Shown here: piece by piece, positions 18,116 through 25,858 of the stretch | How the letters are laid out: the number at the start of each line of letters is the position of its first letter | Position numbering within the stretch: the first letter of the stretch is position 1 | Origin: Candidatus Adlerbacteria bacterium | GTDB lineage: Bacteria > Patescibacteriota > Minisyncoccia > Phycocordibacterales > SBAW01 | NCBI GenBank assembly: GCA_027451965.1 | Contig: DAIDHJ010000001.1 | Span: forward strand, 87,639 to 151,638 | Length of the DNA: 64,000 nucleotides | Reading direction: 5' to 3' | Position numbers and translations under genes: made by a program | Notes under the pieces: model-generated | Seen by the model: the letters and a program-made list of their open reading frames with translations, nothing else | Told to the model about the DNA's origin: nothing | Database searches by the model: none

Positions 18116-18187
18116 GTCCCCGTAGCTCAACGGATAGAGCGTAGGCCTCCGAAGCCTGAGATCGAGGTTCGATTCCTCGCGGGGGCA
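18116..18187 (+). tRNA. tRNA-Arg (anticodon CCG)
   Basis: GTCCCCGTAGCTCAACGGATAGAGCGTAGGCCTCCGAAGCCTGAGATCGAGGTTCGATTCCTCGCGGGGGCA. Anticodon stem TAGGC/GCCTG, loop CTCCGAA. Confidence 0.75.
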
Positions 18188-18263
18188 CTCAATATTGCTT
18201 TTTATAAAAAATGTGCTATTATTTTGATAGCATTTTTGTACTTTCACTATCGCAGGAGGATGA

Positions 18264-18989
18264 ATGATCACTGCTGGCGAGCAGGTGTGGCAGAAAGATT
18301 CTGCCGGCCTTACCGAGCAACTCGCTCAAGCATACACGCTTGAGACCGAAGGAAAACTACTGGAAGCGTATCTGCTTCGCACAACCGCATTCTACTCTCA
18401 TTACGCTTCGCAATTGCTCCACAATCCAATTCGCGCGCTATATGAATTTTCACAGGCAAAACAGTATGCGCGCGCCACTCTCGGCATCATCGAGAAAAAA
18501 GGATTCGATGCCCTGTCTGACGGGCAATGCGACGTGCTGGCCACGGTGCTCATACGCCGATGGCTGTGGGTGCGTCCCACGAAAAACGATCTGTTTTATG
18601 CACCAATTCTCTGGGAATTTGGACAGCGAAAAAATCCACTCCCTCATTCCGCAGCACTCATGCACCTTGGCATGGCAGAGACCTACTACCTAGAACGAGA
18701 GTTCGATGCCTGTAAAGAAGAGATCGCTGCTGCTTTGCATTTGCAGACGCGGGTACAAGCAGAGATCAATCGCACCCTGGCATATCGGCAATTTTCTCGC
18801 GTACTGCGCAGAGCCGCACTGCTCAGCTACAAACTGGGCGACCACGACCACGCAACCGAACTCATCGCAGAAGCAAGGAGATTCGCCCTTCACTATGCGC
18901 ATGGCAGTCGAGACCAGCTCTACAAAATCAATGCAGAATGGAAGCGAAGAACTCTGCCGCCCTTCCTTCAACTGCTCCTTCCTCACTAA
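18264..18989 (+). CDS. hypothetical cytoplasmic protein (241 aa, helical; possibly TPR-like)
   Basis: No recognisable motif. Confidence 0.4.
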   Translation: MITAGEQVWQKDSAGLTEQLAQAYTLETEGKLLEAYLLRTTAFYSHYASQLLHNPIRALYEFSQAKQYARATLGIIEKKGFDALSDGQCDVLATVLIRRWLWVRPTKNDLFYAPILWEFGQRKNPLPHSAALMHLGMAETYYLEREFDACKEEIAAALHLQTRVQAEINRTLAYRQFSRVLRRAALLSYKLGDHDHATELIAEARRFALHYAHGSRDQLYKINAEWKRRTLPPFLQLLLPH

Positions 18990-19026
18990 CAAAACGCCTC
19001 GCGATAATCGCGAGGCGTTTTACTGT

Positions 19027-19272
19027 TTATGCGCTTTTGAGCATCCGTGCCACCTTTGCTTTACGGCGAGCTGCCGTATGCTTTTTGATAACACCTGTCT
19101 TTGCAGCCTTATCAATCGCCTTATATGCAGCGGCGAGGACTTTGGTATCCCCTTTTGCCGCAAGACGCACTTGTTTGAAAGCAGAGCGCACCGCTTTCTT
19201 CCGAAGGTCATTCATCGCCTTTTTTCGCTTTGCCTGGCGCAATGCCTTCTTTGCTGATTTGGTGATTGCCAT
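19027..19272 (-). CDS. rpsT: 30S ribosomal protein S20
   Basis: MAITKSAKKALRQAKRKKAMNDLRKKAVRSAFKQV...AAYKAIDKAAKTGVIKKHTAARRKAKVARML. Confidence 0.85.
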   Translation of the reverse strand: MAITKSAKKALRQAKRKKAMNDLRKKAVRSAFKQVRLAAKGDTKVLAAAYKAIDKAAKTGVIKKHTAARRKAKVARMLKSA

Positions 19273-19296
19273 GTCGGGATAGTACTCTATTCATAT

Positions 19297-19881
19297 ATGA
19301 TAGGCAAGTTAACTGGCAGCATCATAGGAACCACCACAGAGGGGGCAGTGCTTGTAGACGTAAATGGCGTGGGATATGCGGTGCGTGTTCCGCTGCTCAT
19401 ACGAGATGGGCTCCAAGGCGCTTCTACGCCTGTTTCGTTCTTTATTCACACCGCTGTTCGGGATGATGCAATCGATTTATATGGATTCCTTACCAATGAA
19501 GAGCTGTCGTTTTTCAAACAGCTCACGAGCGTATCGGGTATCGGACCGAAAACTGCGCTCAGTATCCTCAATGTCGCAGAAGTGGAACATTTGAGACATG
19601 CGATCGCGCGAGGAGATACAAGTACGCTTACTAAAGTGTTCGGTATCGGCAAAAAAAGTGCTGAGCGCATCGTGGTAGAACTGCGCGACAAACTTTCTCA
19701 TGGAACAGAAACCGCAGCAGATGATGCCGCGGTCATAGAGGCACTCCTTGCACTGGGCTATCGCATAGAGGAAGTACGGCAGGCACTCAAAATACTGCTG
19801 CAAAACGCGGAACAACCGCAGAATGTATCAGAGCGCGTATCCGCAACCTTAAAAATCCTTGGTACCCGTCATACGGTATGA
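19297..19881 (+). CDS. ruvA: Holliday junction DNA helicase subunit RuvA
   Basis: MIGKLTGSIIG...VLVDVNGVGYAVRVP...LYGFLTNEELSFFKQLTSVSGIGPKTALSILN...FGIGKKSAERIVVELRDK (OB fold plus two HhH motifs). Confidence 0.85.
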   Translation: MIGKLTGSIIGTTTEGAVLVDVNGVGYAVRVPLLIRDGLQGASTPVSFFIHTAVRDDAIDLYGFLTNEELSFFKQLTSVSGIGPKTALSILNVAEVEHLRHAIARGDTSTLTKVFGIGKKSAERIVVELRDKLSHGTETAADDAAVIEALLALGYRIEEVRQALKILLQNAEQPQNVSERVSATLKILGTRHTV

Positions 19882-21110
19882 AACGCCTGATACCAAAACC
19901 GCTGTTGCGTGCATACCATTTTTTTCTTGCATACTTTGGCGCATGGCGATACGGCAATCCTTCCAAGCAACTCACGGTAATTGGCATTACGGGAACAAAA
20001 GGAAAATCCACCACTACTGAACTGGTAGCTGCTGTGCTGACCGAAGCGGGATATACCGTTGCGGTTGCTAGTACCATCCGTTTTGCCATTGGCGCGCATA
20101 GCGAACGCAATTTGTTCAAAATGACCATGCCCGGACGATTTTTCTTGCAACAGTTTCTGCGCAAGGCAGTCGACGCAGGCGCGACCCATGCGGTTATAGA
20201 AATGACCTCGGAAGGCGCTGTGCAATTCCGTCACCGCGGTATCGACATGAATGCGCTTATTTTCACCAACCTTGCACCGGAACATTTGGAATCCCACGGC
20301 AGCATGGAACGCTACGTTGCCGCTAAACTTTCAATCGCTGAAGCGCTTTCCCGCTCACCAAAACGACCGCGTATTATTGTCGCCAACGCTGATGACACAT
20401 ACGGTGCTGCATTCCTTAATATAGATGCGGATATACATGCGCCGTTTTCACTCAAAGATGCTGAACCATATACCGCAGATGATACCAGTGTGCGGTTTGT
20501 ATGGCGTGGAATGCTCATCACCATGCCGCTTCCCGGCGTGTTTAACCTCAAGAACGCACTTGCCGCACTGACTCTCGGGGAAGCACTCGACATACCCATA
20601 ACAACCATGAAAAAAGCTCTGGAACATATGACCGCAGTTGCGGGGCGCGCCGAACGAGTAGAAAAAGGCCAACCGTTCAGTGTAATCATCGATTATGCGC
20701 ATACGCCAGATTCACTGAAGGCGCTCTATGAAACCTATGCGAACCATCGGATCATCGGCGTGCTGGGATCAACCGGCGGTGGGCGTGATACCTGGAAGCG
20801 CAAAGAAATGGGAGCGCTGGCAGAATCATTTTGTGCTGTAGCCATTCTAGCGAATGAAGATCCGTATGATGAGGATCCGCAGCATATCCTTGCTGATCTT
20901 GCAGAGGGATTCACAACAAAAAAACCACGCATCATTCTGGATCGCAGAGATGCCATTCGCGCAGCATTAGAAGAAGCACAACCAGGAGATGCGGTGCTTA
21001 TCACCGGAAAAGGCACCGATCCATACATCATGGGGCCTCATGGAAGCAAAGAAGTGTGGAGTGACAAAGCAGTAGCCGAAGAGGAGCTAGCGAAATTGGG
21101 CTATACTTAA
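19878..21110 (+). CDS. Mur ligase family protein (MurE/MurF-like central and C-terminal domains; no canonical N-terminal domain)
   Basis: P-loop GITGTKGKSTT sits only ~37 aa from the N-terminus. DYAHTPDSL and the GGGRDTWKR...GDAVLITGKG C-terminal domain are typical of Mur ligases. Confidence 0.55.
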   Translation: MKRLIPKPLLRAYHFFLAYFGAWRYGNPSKQLTVIGITGTKGKSTTTELVAAVLTEAGYTVAVASTIRFAIGAHSERNLFKMTMPGRFFLQQFLRKAVDAGATHAVIEMTSEGAVQFRHRGIDMNALIFTNLAPEHLESHGSMERYVAAKLSIAEALSRSPKRPRIIVANADDTYGAAFLNIDADIHAPFSLKDAEPYTADDTSVRFVWRGMLITMPLPGVFNLKNALAALTLGEALDIPITTMKKALEHMTAVAGRAERVEKGQPFSVIIDYAHTPDSLKALYETYANHRIIGVLGSTGGGRDTWKRKEMGALAESFCAVAILANEDPYDEDPQHILADLAEGFTTKKPRIILDRRDAIRAALEEAQPGDAVLITGKGTDPYIMGPHGSKEVWSDKAVAEEELAKLGYT

Positions 21111-21113
21111 CAT

Positions 21114-21353
21114 ATGGCCGAAGAAAAGGAAAAAGGACATGATCCGATGAAAGACCTCATCTTCGTTGTAAGCACGCTTGGCATACTCATTCTCATATGG
21201 TTCATGATGGGCGGACCCTCGCATGTAGATATAAGACACCGTGGCATTTTCCTTAATCCCCCTCCCCCGGTCGGCAACGGCGCTTCATACGGACCGCAAA
21301 TCGGCAGTTCCACAAATACGAACCCTCCGTACCATTATCAGTATCAATACTAA
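21114..21353 (+). CDS. small hypothetical membrane protein (79 aa)
   Basis: Starts 4 nt after the Mur ligase stop. One TM (LIFVVSTLGILILIWFMMG). Confidence 0.35.
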   Translation: MAEEKEKGHDPMKDLIFVVSTLGILILIWFMMGGPSHVDIRHRGIFLNPPPPVGNGASYGPQIGSSTNTNPPYHYQYQY

Positions 21354-21358
21354 TTATT

Positions 21359-21760
21359 ATGTTAAACGTATTTCCGCAGTTGCTTGTCTTTAACTTCTTT
21401 GCACCCACCTTGCTGCGCATTGTTGCGGCAGGAACATTTTTCTATCTTGCCTTTTTCCATTTCAGCAACCGCAAGGCAGTGGCACAGGAACTTTCCCTAT
21501 TTCCACATGCAGCAGCAAACACCATGGCAGGTATTTTTGCACTGGTTGAATGCGCGGTTGCCATACTGCTGCTCCTTGGACTTTGGACGCAAATTGCGGC
21601 ACTTATTGGTTTCATCATCTGTCTCAAGATAGTGCTTATCCGCAAAGGATTGCGCCATATTTCCCCACTATCTCATCTCTCCTACCTGCTGCTTGCGACT
21701 ATTTGCCTCTCATTGCTTTGCACAGGCGCCGGAGCAATAGCGTTTGATATTCCCCTCTAG
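21359..21760 (+). CDS. DoxX-family membrane protein
   Basis: 133 aa, 4 TM, RIVAAGTFFYLAFFHF...ALVECAVAILLLLGLWTQIAAL pattern typical of DoxX. Confidence 0.5.
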   Translation: MLNVFPQLLVFNFFAPTLLRIVAAGTFFYLAFFHFSNRKAVAQELSLFPHAAANTMAGIFALVECAVAILLLLGLWTQIAALIGFIICLKIVLIRKGLRHISPLSHLSYLLLATICLSLLCTGAGAIAFDIPL

Positions 21761-22232
21761 CGTGAAGAAGTGCGTTCTCATCCTTCATAACATTCGCAGT
21801 GTCCATAATGTGGGATCGATATTTCGCACCGCGGATGCCGCGGGCGTATCGCATATCATTCTTTCCGGCTATACACCGGCACCGATAGATCGGTTCGGAA
21901 GAGCGCGGACTGATTTTATAAAAGTATCGCTAGGCGCCGAGAAGACTATTCCCTGGTCGCAGGTGCCTACGCCGACCAAAGCACTTACCCGATTACAAAA
22001 AGAAGGATATACCTTAATCGCACTTGAGCAGCATGCACGCGCGGCACCGCTCTTTTCATACGTACCACCAGCCTCAATTGCTCTAGTGCTTGGCAATGAA
22101 GTGCGCGGCGTTTCACCTCAATTGCTGCGCCGTATGGATGGAGTCGTTGAAATACCTATGCACGGCAAGAAAGAATCACTCAATGTATCCGTTGCCGCGG
22201 GCATTGCGCTCTTTGCGCTGCTCCACCGTTAA
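21744..22232 (+). CDS. SpoU/TrmH-family RNA 2'-O-methyltransferase
   Basis: LILHNIRSVHNVGSIFRTADAAGV... LVLGNEVRGVS... IPMHGKKESLNVSVAAGIALF are SPOUT motifs. Confidence 0.75.
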   Translation: MIFPSSVKKCVLILHNIRSVHNVGSIFRTADAAGVSHIILSGYTPAPIDRFGRARTDFIKVSLGAEKTIPWSQVPTPTKALTRLQKEGYTLIALEQHARAAPLFSYVPPASIALVLGNEVRGVSPQLLRRMDGVVEIPMHGKKESLNVSVAAGIALFALLHR

Positions 22233-22375
22233 AACTGGAAAGAACGAATAAAAAAAATAGGCGATCGCTGTTGCAATGATAAAGCATCATGGCAAGGGCA
22301 TAGATCGGCGTCTTCATGTCACCATCAGTGACTCTTTTGCATCATGAGAGGCACAAGAGTTATCAGCATAAATGT

Positions 22376-22612
22376 ATGCGTATGAAAATACTTCTTACCT
22401 GTAGAGGGTGCGGTTATGAGGAGTGGAGTACTTCTGAAAAAACATTTATCAATAAGGTCATCATGTGGAATCATGTGAAAAAAGCGCATCCAGGCATGGC
22501 AGAACGACTCATGCGCACCTATGATGTGCTTCCGAATGATTTTTTTCACATCGAATCCTCGGAGCGTGCTGCGCGTATGCCGTTTAATGCTTCCGTACTG
22601 AGAGAAGTTTAG
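22376..22612 (+). CDS. DUF1059-like small protein
   Basis: MRMKILLTCRGCGYEEWSTSEKTFINKVIMWNHVKKAHPGMAE resembles the DUF1059 pattern MKxxxCxxCGxE...E..V..H.K.AHGM. The competing antisense ORF 22325..22651 was considered less likely. Confidence 0.4.
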   Translation: MRMKILLTCRGCGYEEWSTSEKTFINKVIMWNHVKKAHPGMAERLMRTYDVLPNDFFHIESSERAARMPFNASVLREV

Positions 22613-22811
22613 AGGAACCATGATGTCCGTTACAAATACGCACCTGCGCAACGGGCACCTGAAAGTATTCAGCTACTAATGTTCTGATGCGCTGGTTTGC
22701 TTCATTACGAACAGCTTTTTCGCGAACAAATAGTTCCATATGCGTTGCATGCGAGATTACTCGCTCTTTTTTTGCACTCGTATGCACACGTACCTGCACA
22801 TAGGTGATCAT
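22584..22811 (-). CDS. DUF167 (YggU/UPF0235) family protein
   Basis: VQVRVHTSAKKERVI...ELFVREKAVRNEANQRIRTLVAEYFQVPVAQVRICNGHHGSSKLLSV matches the DUF167 core (P.A..N.ANxxLxxxLAxxFxVxxxxVxIxxGxxSRxK). Confidence 0.6.
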   Translation of the reverse strand: MITYVQVRVHTSAKKERVISHATHMELFVREKAVRNEANQRIRTLVAEYFQVPVAQVRICNGHHGSSKLLSVRKH

Positions 22812-22838
22812 TTGATTATATATAATATAATCCCCAAC

Positions 22839-22856
22839 TCGTATCTAAGGATACGA
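22839..22856. promoter_or_regulatory. palindromic operator-like site upstream of the ZIP zinc transporter gene (candidate Zur/metalloregulator box)
   Basis: tcgtatc-taag-gatacga is a perfect 7-bp inverted repeat in the zupT/DUF167 divergent promoter region. It is reminiscent of Zur half-sites TCGTAAT/ATTACGA. A TATAAT -10 hexamer lies nearby at 22821-22826. Confidence 0.25.
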
Positions 22857-22920
22857 AAATAAAAATAGACGATAAAGCAGAGGTAGAATACTATAGTACG
22901 CATTTAGAGAAATTATACGT

Positions 22921-23649
22921 ATGACACCATTACTTCTTGGTTGTGCCGCATTTTGTTCCACCATGCTCGGTGGAACACTCGCCTTGCGATTGCGAGATAA
23001 ACTGCACCTTATTCTCGGATTCAGCGCCGGCGCAGTCGTTGCCGTGGCTTTTTTCGATCTTATACCGGAGGCACTCTCACTGGGCAGCAAGACACATTCC
23101 CTTGAAACGGTAATGTCCTTTGTCGCGTTGGGATTCATCCTTTACCTGCTGATGGATCGCCTTATCTTGCTGCATAACCATGCGCACGAGCAGGAAGAAG
23201 ATGAGCACTCGGTAGAATCCCGAGGCCATGTACGTGCCGGATCGCTCTCTGTGCACTCCTTCTTGGACGGAGTGGGTATTGGATTGGCATTTCAAGTGTC
23301 TGTCGTGGTGGGCGCAGTAGTAGCCGCTGCCGTGCTGGCGCATGATTTTAGCGATGGCATTAATACGGTTAATGTAGTAGTGCGCCACGGCGGAGAGCGC
23401 AGCAAAGCGCTGCGTTGGCTATTGGTAGATGCCATCGCGCCAGTAATCGGAGTGCTGGTGACACTCTTCTTTTCCATTTCATCAGATGCGCTTGGACTCC
23501 TCCTTGCGCTGTTCGGCGGATTCTTTCTCTACATCGGCGCTTCCGACCTTATTCCGGAAAGCCATCACCAGCATCCAAAATTCCTTACCACAGCTATGAC
23601 TGTGGTTGGCGCTCTGGTACTCTATATTGCGATTCACTTTGCGGGATAA
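22921..23649 (+). CDS. zupT: ZIP-family zinc/metal transporter (ZupT-like)
   Basis: HSFLDGVGIGLAF and AHDFSDG metal-binding TM motifs, His-rich loop HNHAHEQEEDEH, ~8 TM. Confidence 0.8.
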   Translation: MTPLLLGCAAFCSTMLGGTLALRLRDKLHLILGFSAGAVVAVAFFDLIPEALSLGSKTHSLETVMSFVALGFILYLLMDRLILLHNHAHEQEEDEHSVESRGHVRAGSLSVHSFLDGVGIGLAFQVSVVVGAVVAAAVLAHDFSDGINTVNVVVRHGGERSKALRWLLVDAIAPVIGVLVTLFFSISSDALGLLLALFGGFFLYIGASDLIPESHHQHPKFLTTAMTVVGALVLYIAIHFAG

Positions 23650-23794
23650 ATTTAAAAAGTGGTCCCCTGAGTATAACGCTTTTATAACCCTTCTATCAGA
23701 TCAGTTGTATATAGAGAAAATTACAGAGCAGTTGCTATTTATTAGAGACTTATCGAGATAAGTTCTACTTTATATACTATCTAGATTACTAACA

Positions 23795-25033
23795 TTAATG
23801 GTGCCCGCTAGATCCAATCCAAATAATAAAGACTAGATATACAATAAAAATAACAAGAGTTACAAATCCACCTATCATTCCTCTACCTGATTTTCCCGAT
23901 TGTCGCGAAAGAGTAGTAACTCCACCATAAGTCGTATCTGTAAAAGTATCCTTGTCGTTGATAATTGCTTGCGAAAAAAGAGAGTTGCTGTGGGTATGTA
24001 CGCTACTATTCTTTTTCATTGCAGTGCCTATTGCCAATACTTCAATGAGCCCGCCCCCAAGGTCATATAGGTATATTTTTGTACCCACAACATCATCTGC
24101 ACCAATAGTAGCTGCTTCTGCTTTTATCTTCGAGATCGATTTTTCTCTTGCTTCATAGACAAGTTTGGTAAGTTCAGGTATCTCTCCTTGGCGAAAGGAT
24201 TTGAAAAAAGAAGTAACTCCTCCAATAAAACCAAGGGAGTACACAGATGTGCCCATAAGCAGTTTAAGAGGTGCGTATCCTTTTTTGGTCATACTCCATA
24301 ATTCTTGATTTAGAAGATCAGAAGTTACAGGAATATTTTTATATTCAGCAGGCAGATCTGCATTATAGGAGGCGGTGCCAATCATGATCATTTCTTGCAT
24401 TCCATATCCAGCCCCAGCGATAGGCATAATTTGAGTACGAATATTTACTATCGAATTTGCGCCCGCTTCTTTAGCTTCAGCAACTAAACGCTCAAGTGCT
24501 GCGTTTCTTGTGGTTGTGAAAATCTCTGTAAATTGAGGAACTTCGCCTCGTCGCCACTGGCGGAACCACCCCATAATGCCGCGTGCAAGTCCAATCGAAT
24601 AAGCAATGTTACCAAATACAAAACGAAGAGGACTATACCCCGCATCAATCTGACAATAAAGTTCTTGCCCATCTGAAGATGAAGAAAAAGATTGTGTTGA
24701 TTGAGTACTGTGAAGTACAGAGCCAATAGAAAGAAACTCTATACGATCTCCATTACTAATAATTTCGGTAGTAACACCACTTACGCCAACACCATTTACT
24801 TGCTTGACTTCTCCTTCCAAACGAGTAATTGCCGCTTGGCGACCTTCTGTAAGGAGAGAGGTGAGTTGGGTAATTTCTCCTCCAATAATTCCTCGGGCAC
24901 CCGATCCAATTGCACGCCCAAAACCTAACGCATGCACACTATTCCCAACCACTATATCTCCTGGAGTAAATCCAAGGTCATCAAGGCAAAATATTTCGTT
25001 ACCTGAAAGACCAGTTACATGAGAGTCATTCAT
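23795..25033 (-). CDS. membrane-anchored protein with three tandem YbjQ/UPF0145 (putative heavy-metal-binding) domains
   Basis: Three ~110-aa repeats each carrying the UPF0145 pattern (G.E.....LGF..G..V...A.G....G......L...R..A..RL..EA...GA..VV), then a C-terminal TM LVIFIVYLVFIIWI. Confidence 0.55.
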   Translation of the reverse strand: MNDSHVTGLSGNEIFCLDDLGFTPGDIVVGNSVHALGFGRAIGSGARGIIGGEITQLTSLLTEGRQAAITRLEGEVKQVNGVGVSGVTTEIISNGDRIEFLSIGSVLHSTQSTQSFSSSSDGQELYCQIDAGYSPLRFVFGNIAYSIGLARGIMGWFRQWRRGEVPQFTEIFTTTRNAALERLVAEAKEAGANSIVNIRTQIMPIAGAGYGMQEMIMIGTASYNADLPAEYKNIPVTSDLLNQELWSMTKKGYAPLKLLMGTSVYSLGFIGGVTSFFKSFRQGEIPELTKLVYEAREKSISKIKAEAATIGADDVVGTKIYLYDLGGGLIEVLAIGTAMKKNSSVHTHSNSLFSQAIINDKDTFTDTTYGGVTTLSRQSGKSGRGMIGGFVTLVIFIVYLVFIIWIGSSGHH

Positions 25034-25105
25034 AATAAAAATTCTAACACTGCATTCAAATAGAACCTATCTATCCACCCGAACAGAATACTAATATACG
25101 ATTAG

Positions 25106-25178
25106 TCCGCCCAGCAGGATTCGAACCTGCGACCATCTCCTTAAAAGGGAGCTGCTCTACCAACTGAGCTATGGGCGG
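25106..25178 (-). tRNA. tRNA-Lys (anticodon TTT)
   Basis: Reverse complement CCGCCCATAGCTCAGTTGGTAGAGCAGCTCCCTTTTAAGGAGATGGTCGCAGGTTCGAATCCTGCTGGGCGGA. Anticodon loop CTTTTAA. C1-G72 base pair. Confidence 0.75.
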
Positions 25179-25225
25179 TTACTCGCGACTATAGCAAAAA
25201 AACGCTCCGATTTGTAGTAAACCGC

Positions 25226-25858
25226 TCACTTCCCCAGTGAGAGGACGAATCGCTCCAGCTGCAGAGACAGATCTCCCAATCCTCGATGCGCATCGTGATA
25301 CATAACTATCAAAGCGCGAGAAAGCTCCTGCAGTTCTTTTTTCGTATACACTTTTTGTGATTTTGCACTCATGTCACGCACTTTCCAATGGAGCACACCG
25401 ATGATGTTTTCCGGCTGAATCCCCTCGCGAAATGCTCTGGCCAACAAAAGCCATGCATGCTTTCTATCACGACTGCCGAATGCATTGGCCAGTGCAAATA
25501 TATTGAATGTTTCTTCTTTTTTCTTTTCTTCCAGTGTATGTATTTCTACAGCTGTTTTTTGCAGCTTTGTAAGCGGTTTTTTGAGCAATTTACTTTCTTC
25601 AAATACGAACGTATGGGGAGAAGTACGGAATACATCCAGCAAATCAAATATCGTTTCGCTGTACTCAGCATCAGAAATCGCATCAGTGAGCAAGTAATAG
25701 TGAGTATCGCCCAGCAATGAAGGAGTGGATGCTATTATGCCAAGTTCTTCTGCGTTCATATGTTCCCATTGCAATTCTTGCACGGATTTTTTCTTCAGAA
25801 GCTTTCTCCGAAGATCGCCGCGTGCCCCTATATCACTGCCCACAATGACGTACATCAT
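25226..25858 (-). CDS. holA: DNA polymerase III delta subunit-like (HolA), short form
   Basis: LLARAFREGIQPENIIGVLHWKVRDM resembles the delta C-terminal helical domain. The start overlaps the polA stop by 4 nt. 211 aa is short, hence moderate confidence. Confidence 0.45.
   Translation of the reverse strand: MMYVIVGSDIGARGDLRRKLLKKKSVQELQWEHMNAEELGIIASTPSLLGDTHYYLLTDAISDAEYSETIFDLLDVFRTSPHTFVFEESKLLKKPLTKLQKTAVEIHTLEEKKKEETFNIFALANAFGSRDRKHAWLLLARAFREGIQPENIIGVLHWKVRDMSAKSQKVYTKKELQELSRALIVMYHDAHRGLGDLSLQLERFVLSLGK

Noticed and set aside
19364-20700. Numerous 60-140-aa ORFs antisense within ruvA, the Mur ligase, polA, pcrA, pnp, PBP1A and the VirB6-like gene
   Set aside because: They sit inside strongly supported genes on the opposite strand; GC-rich frames generate long antisense ORFs.
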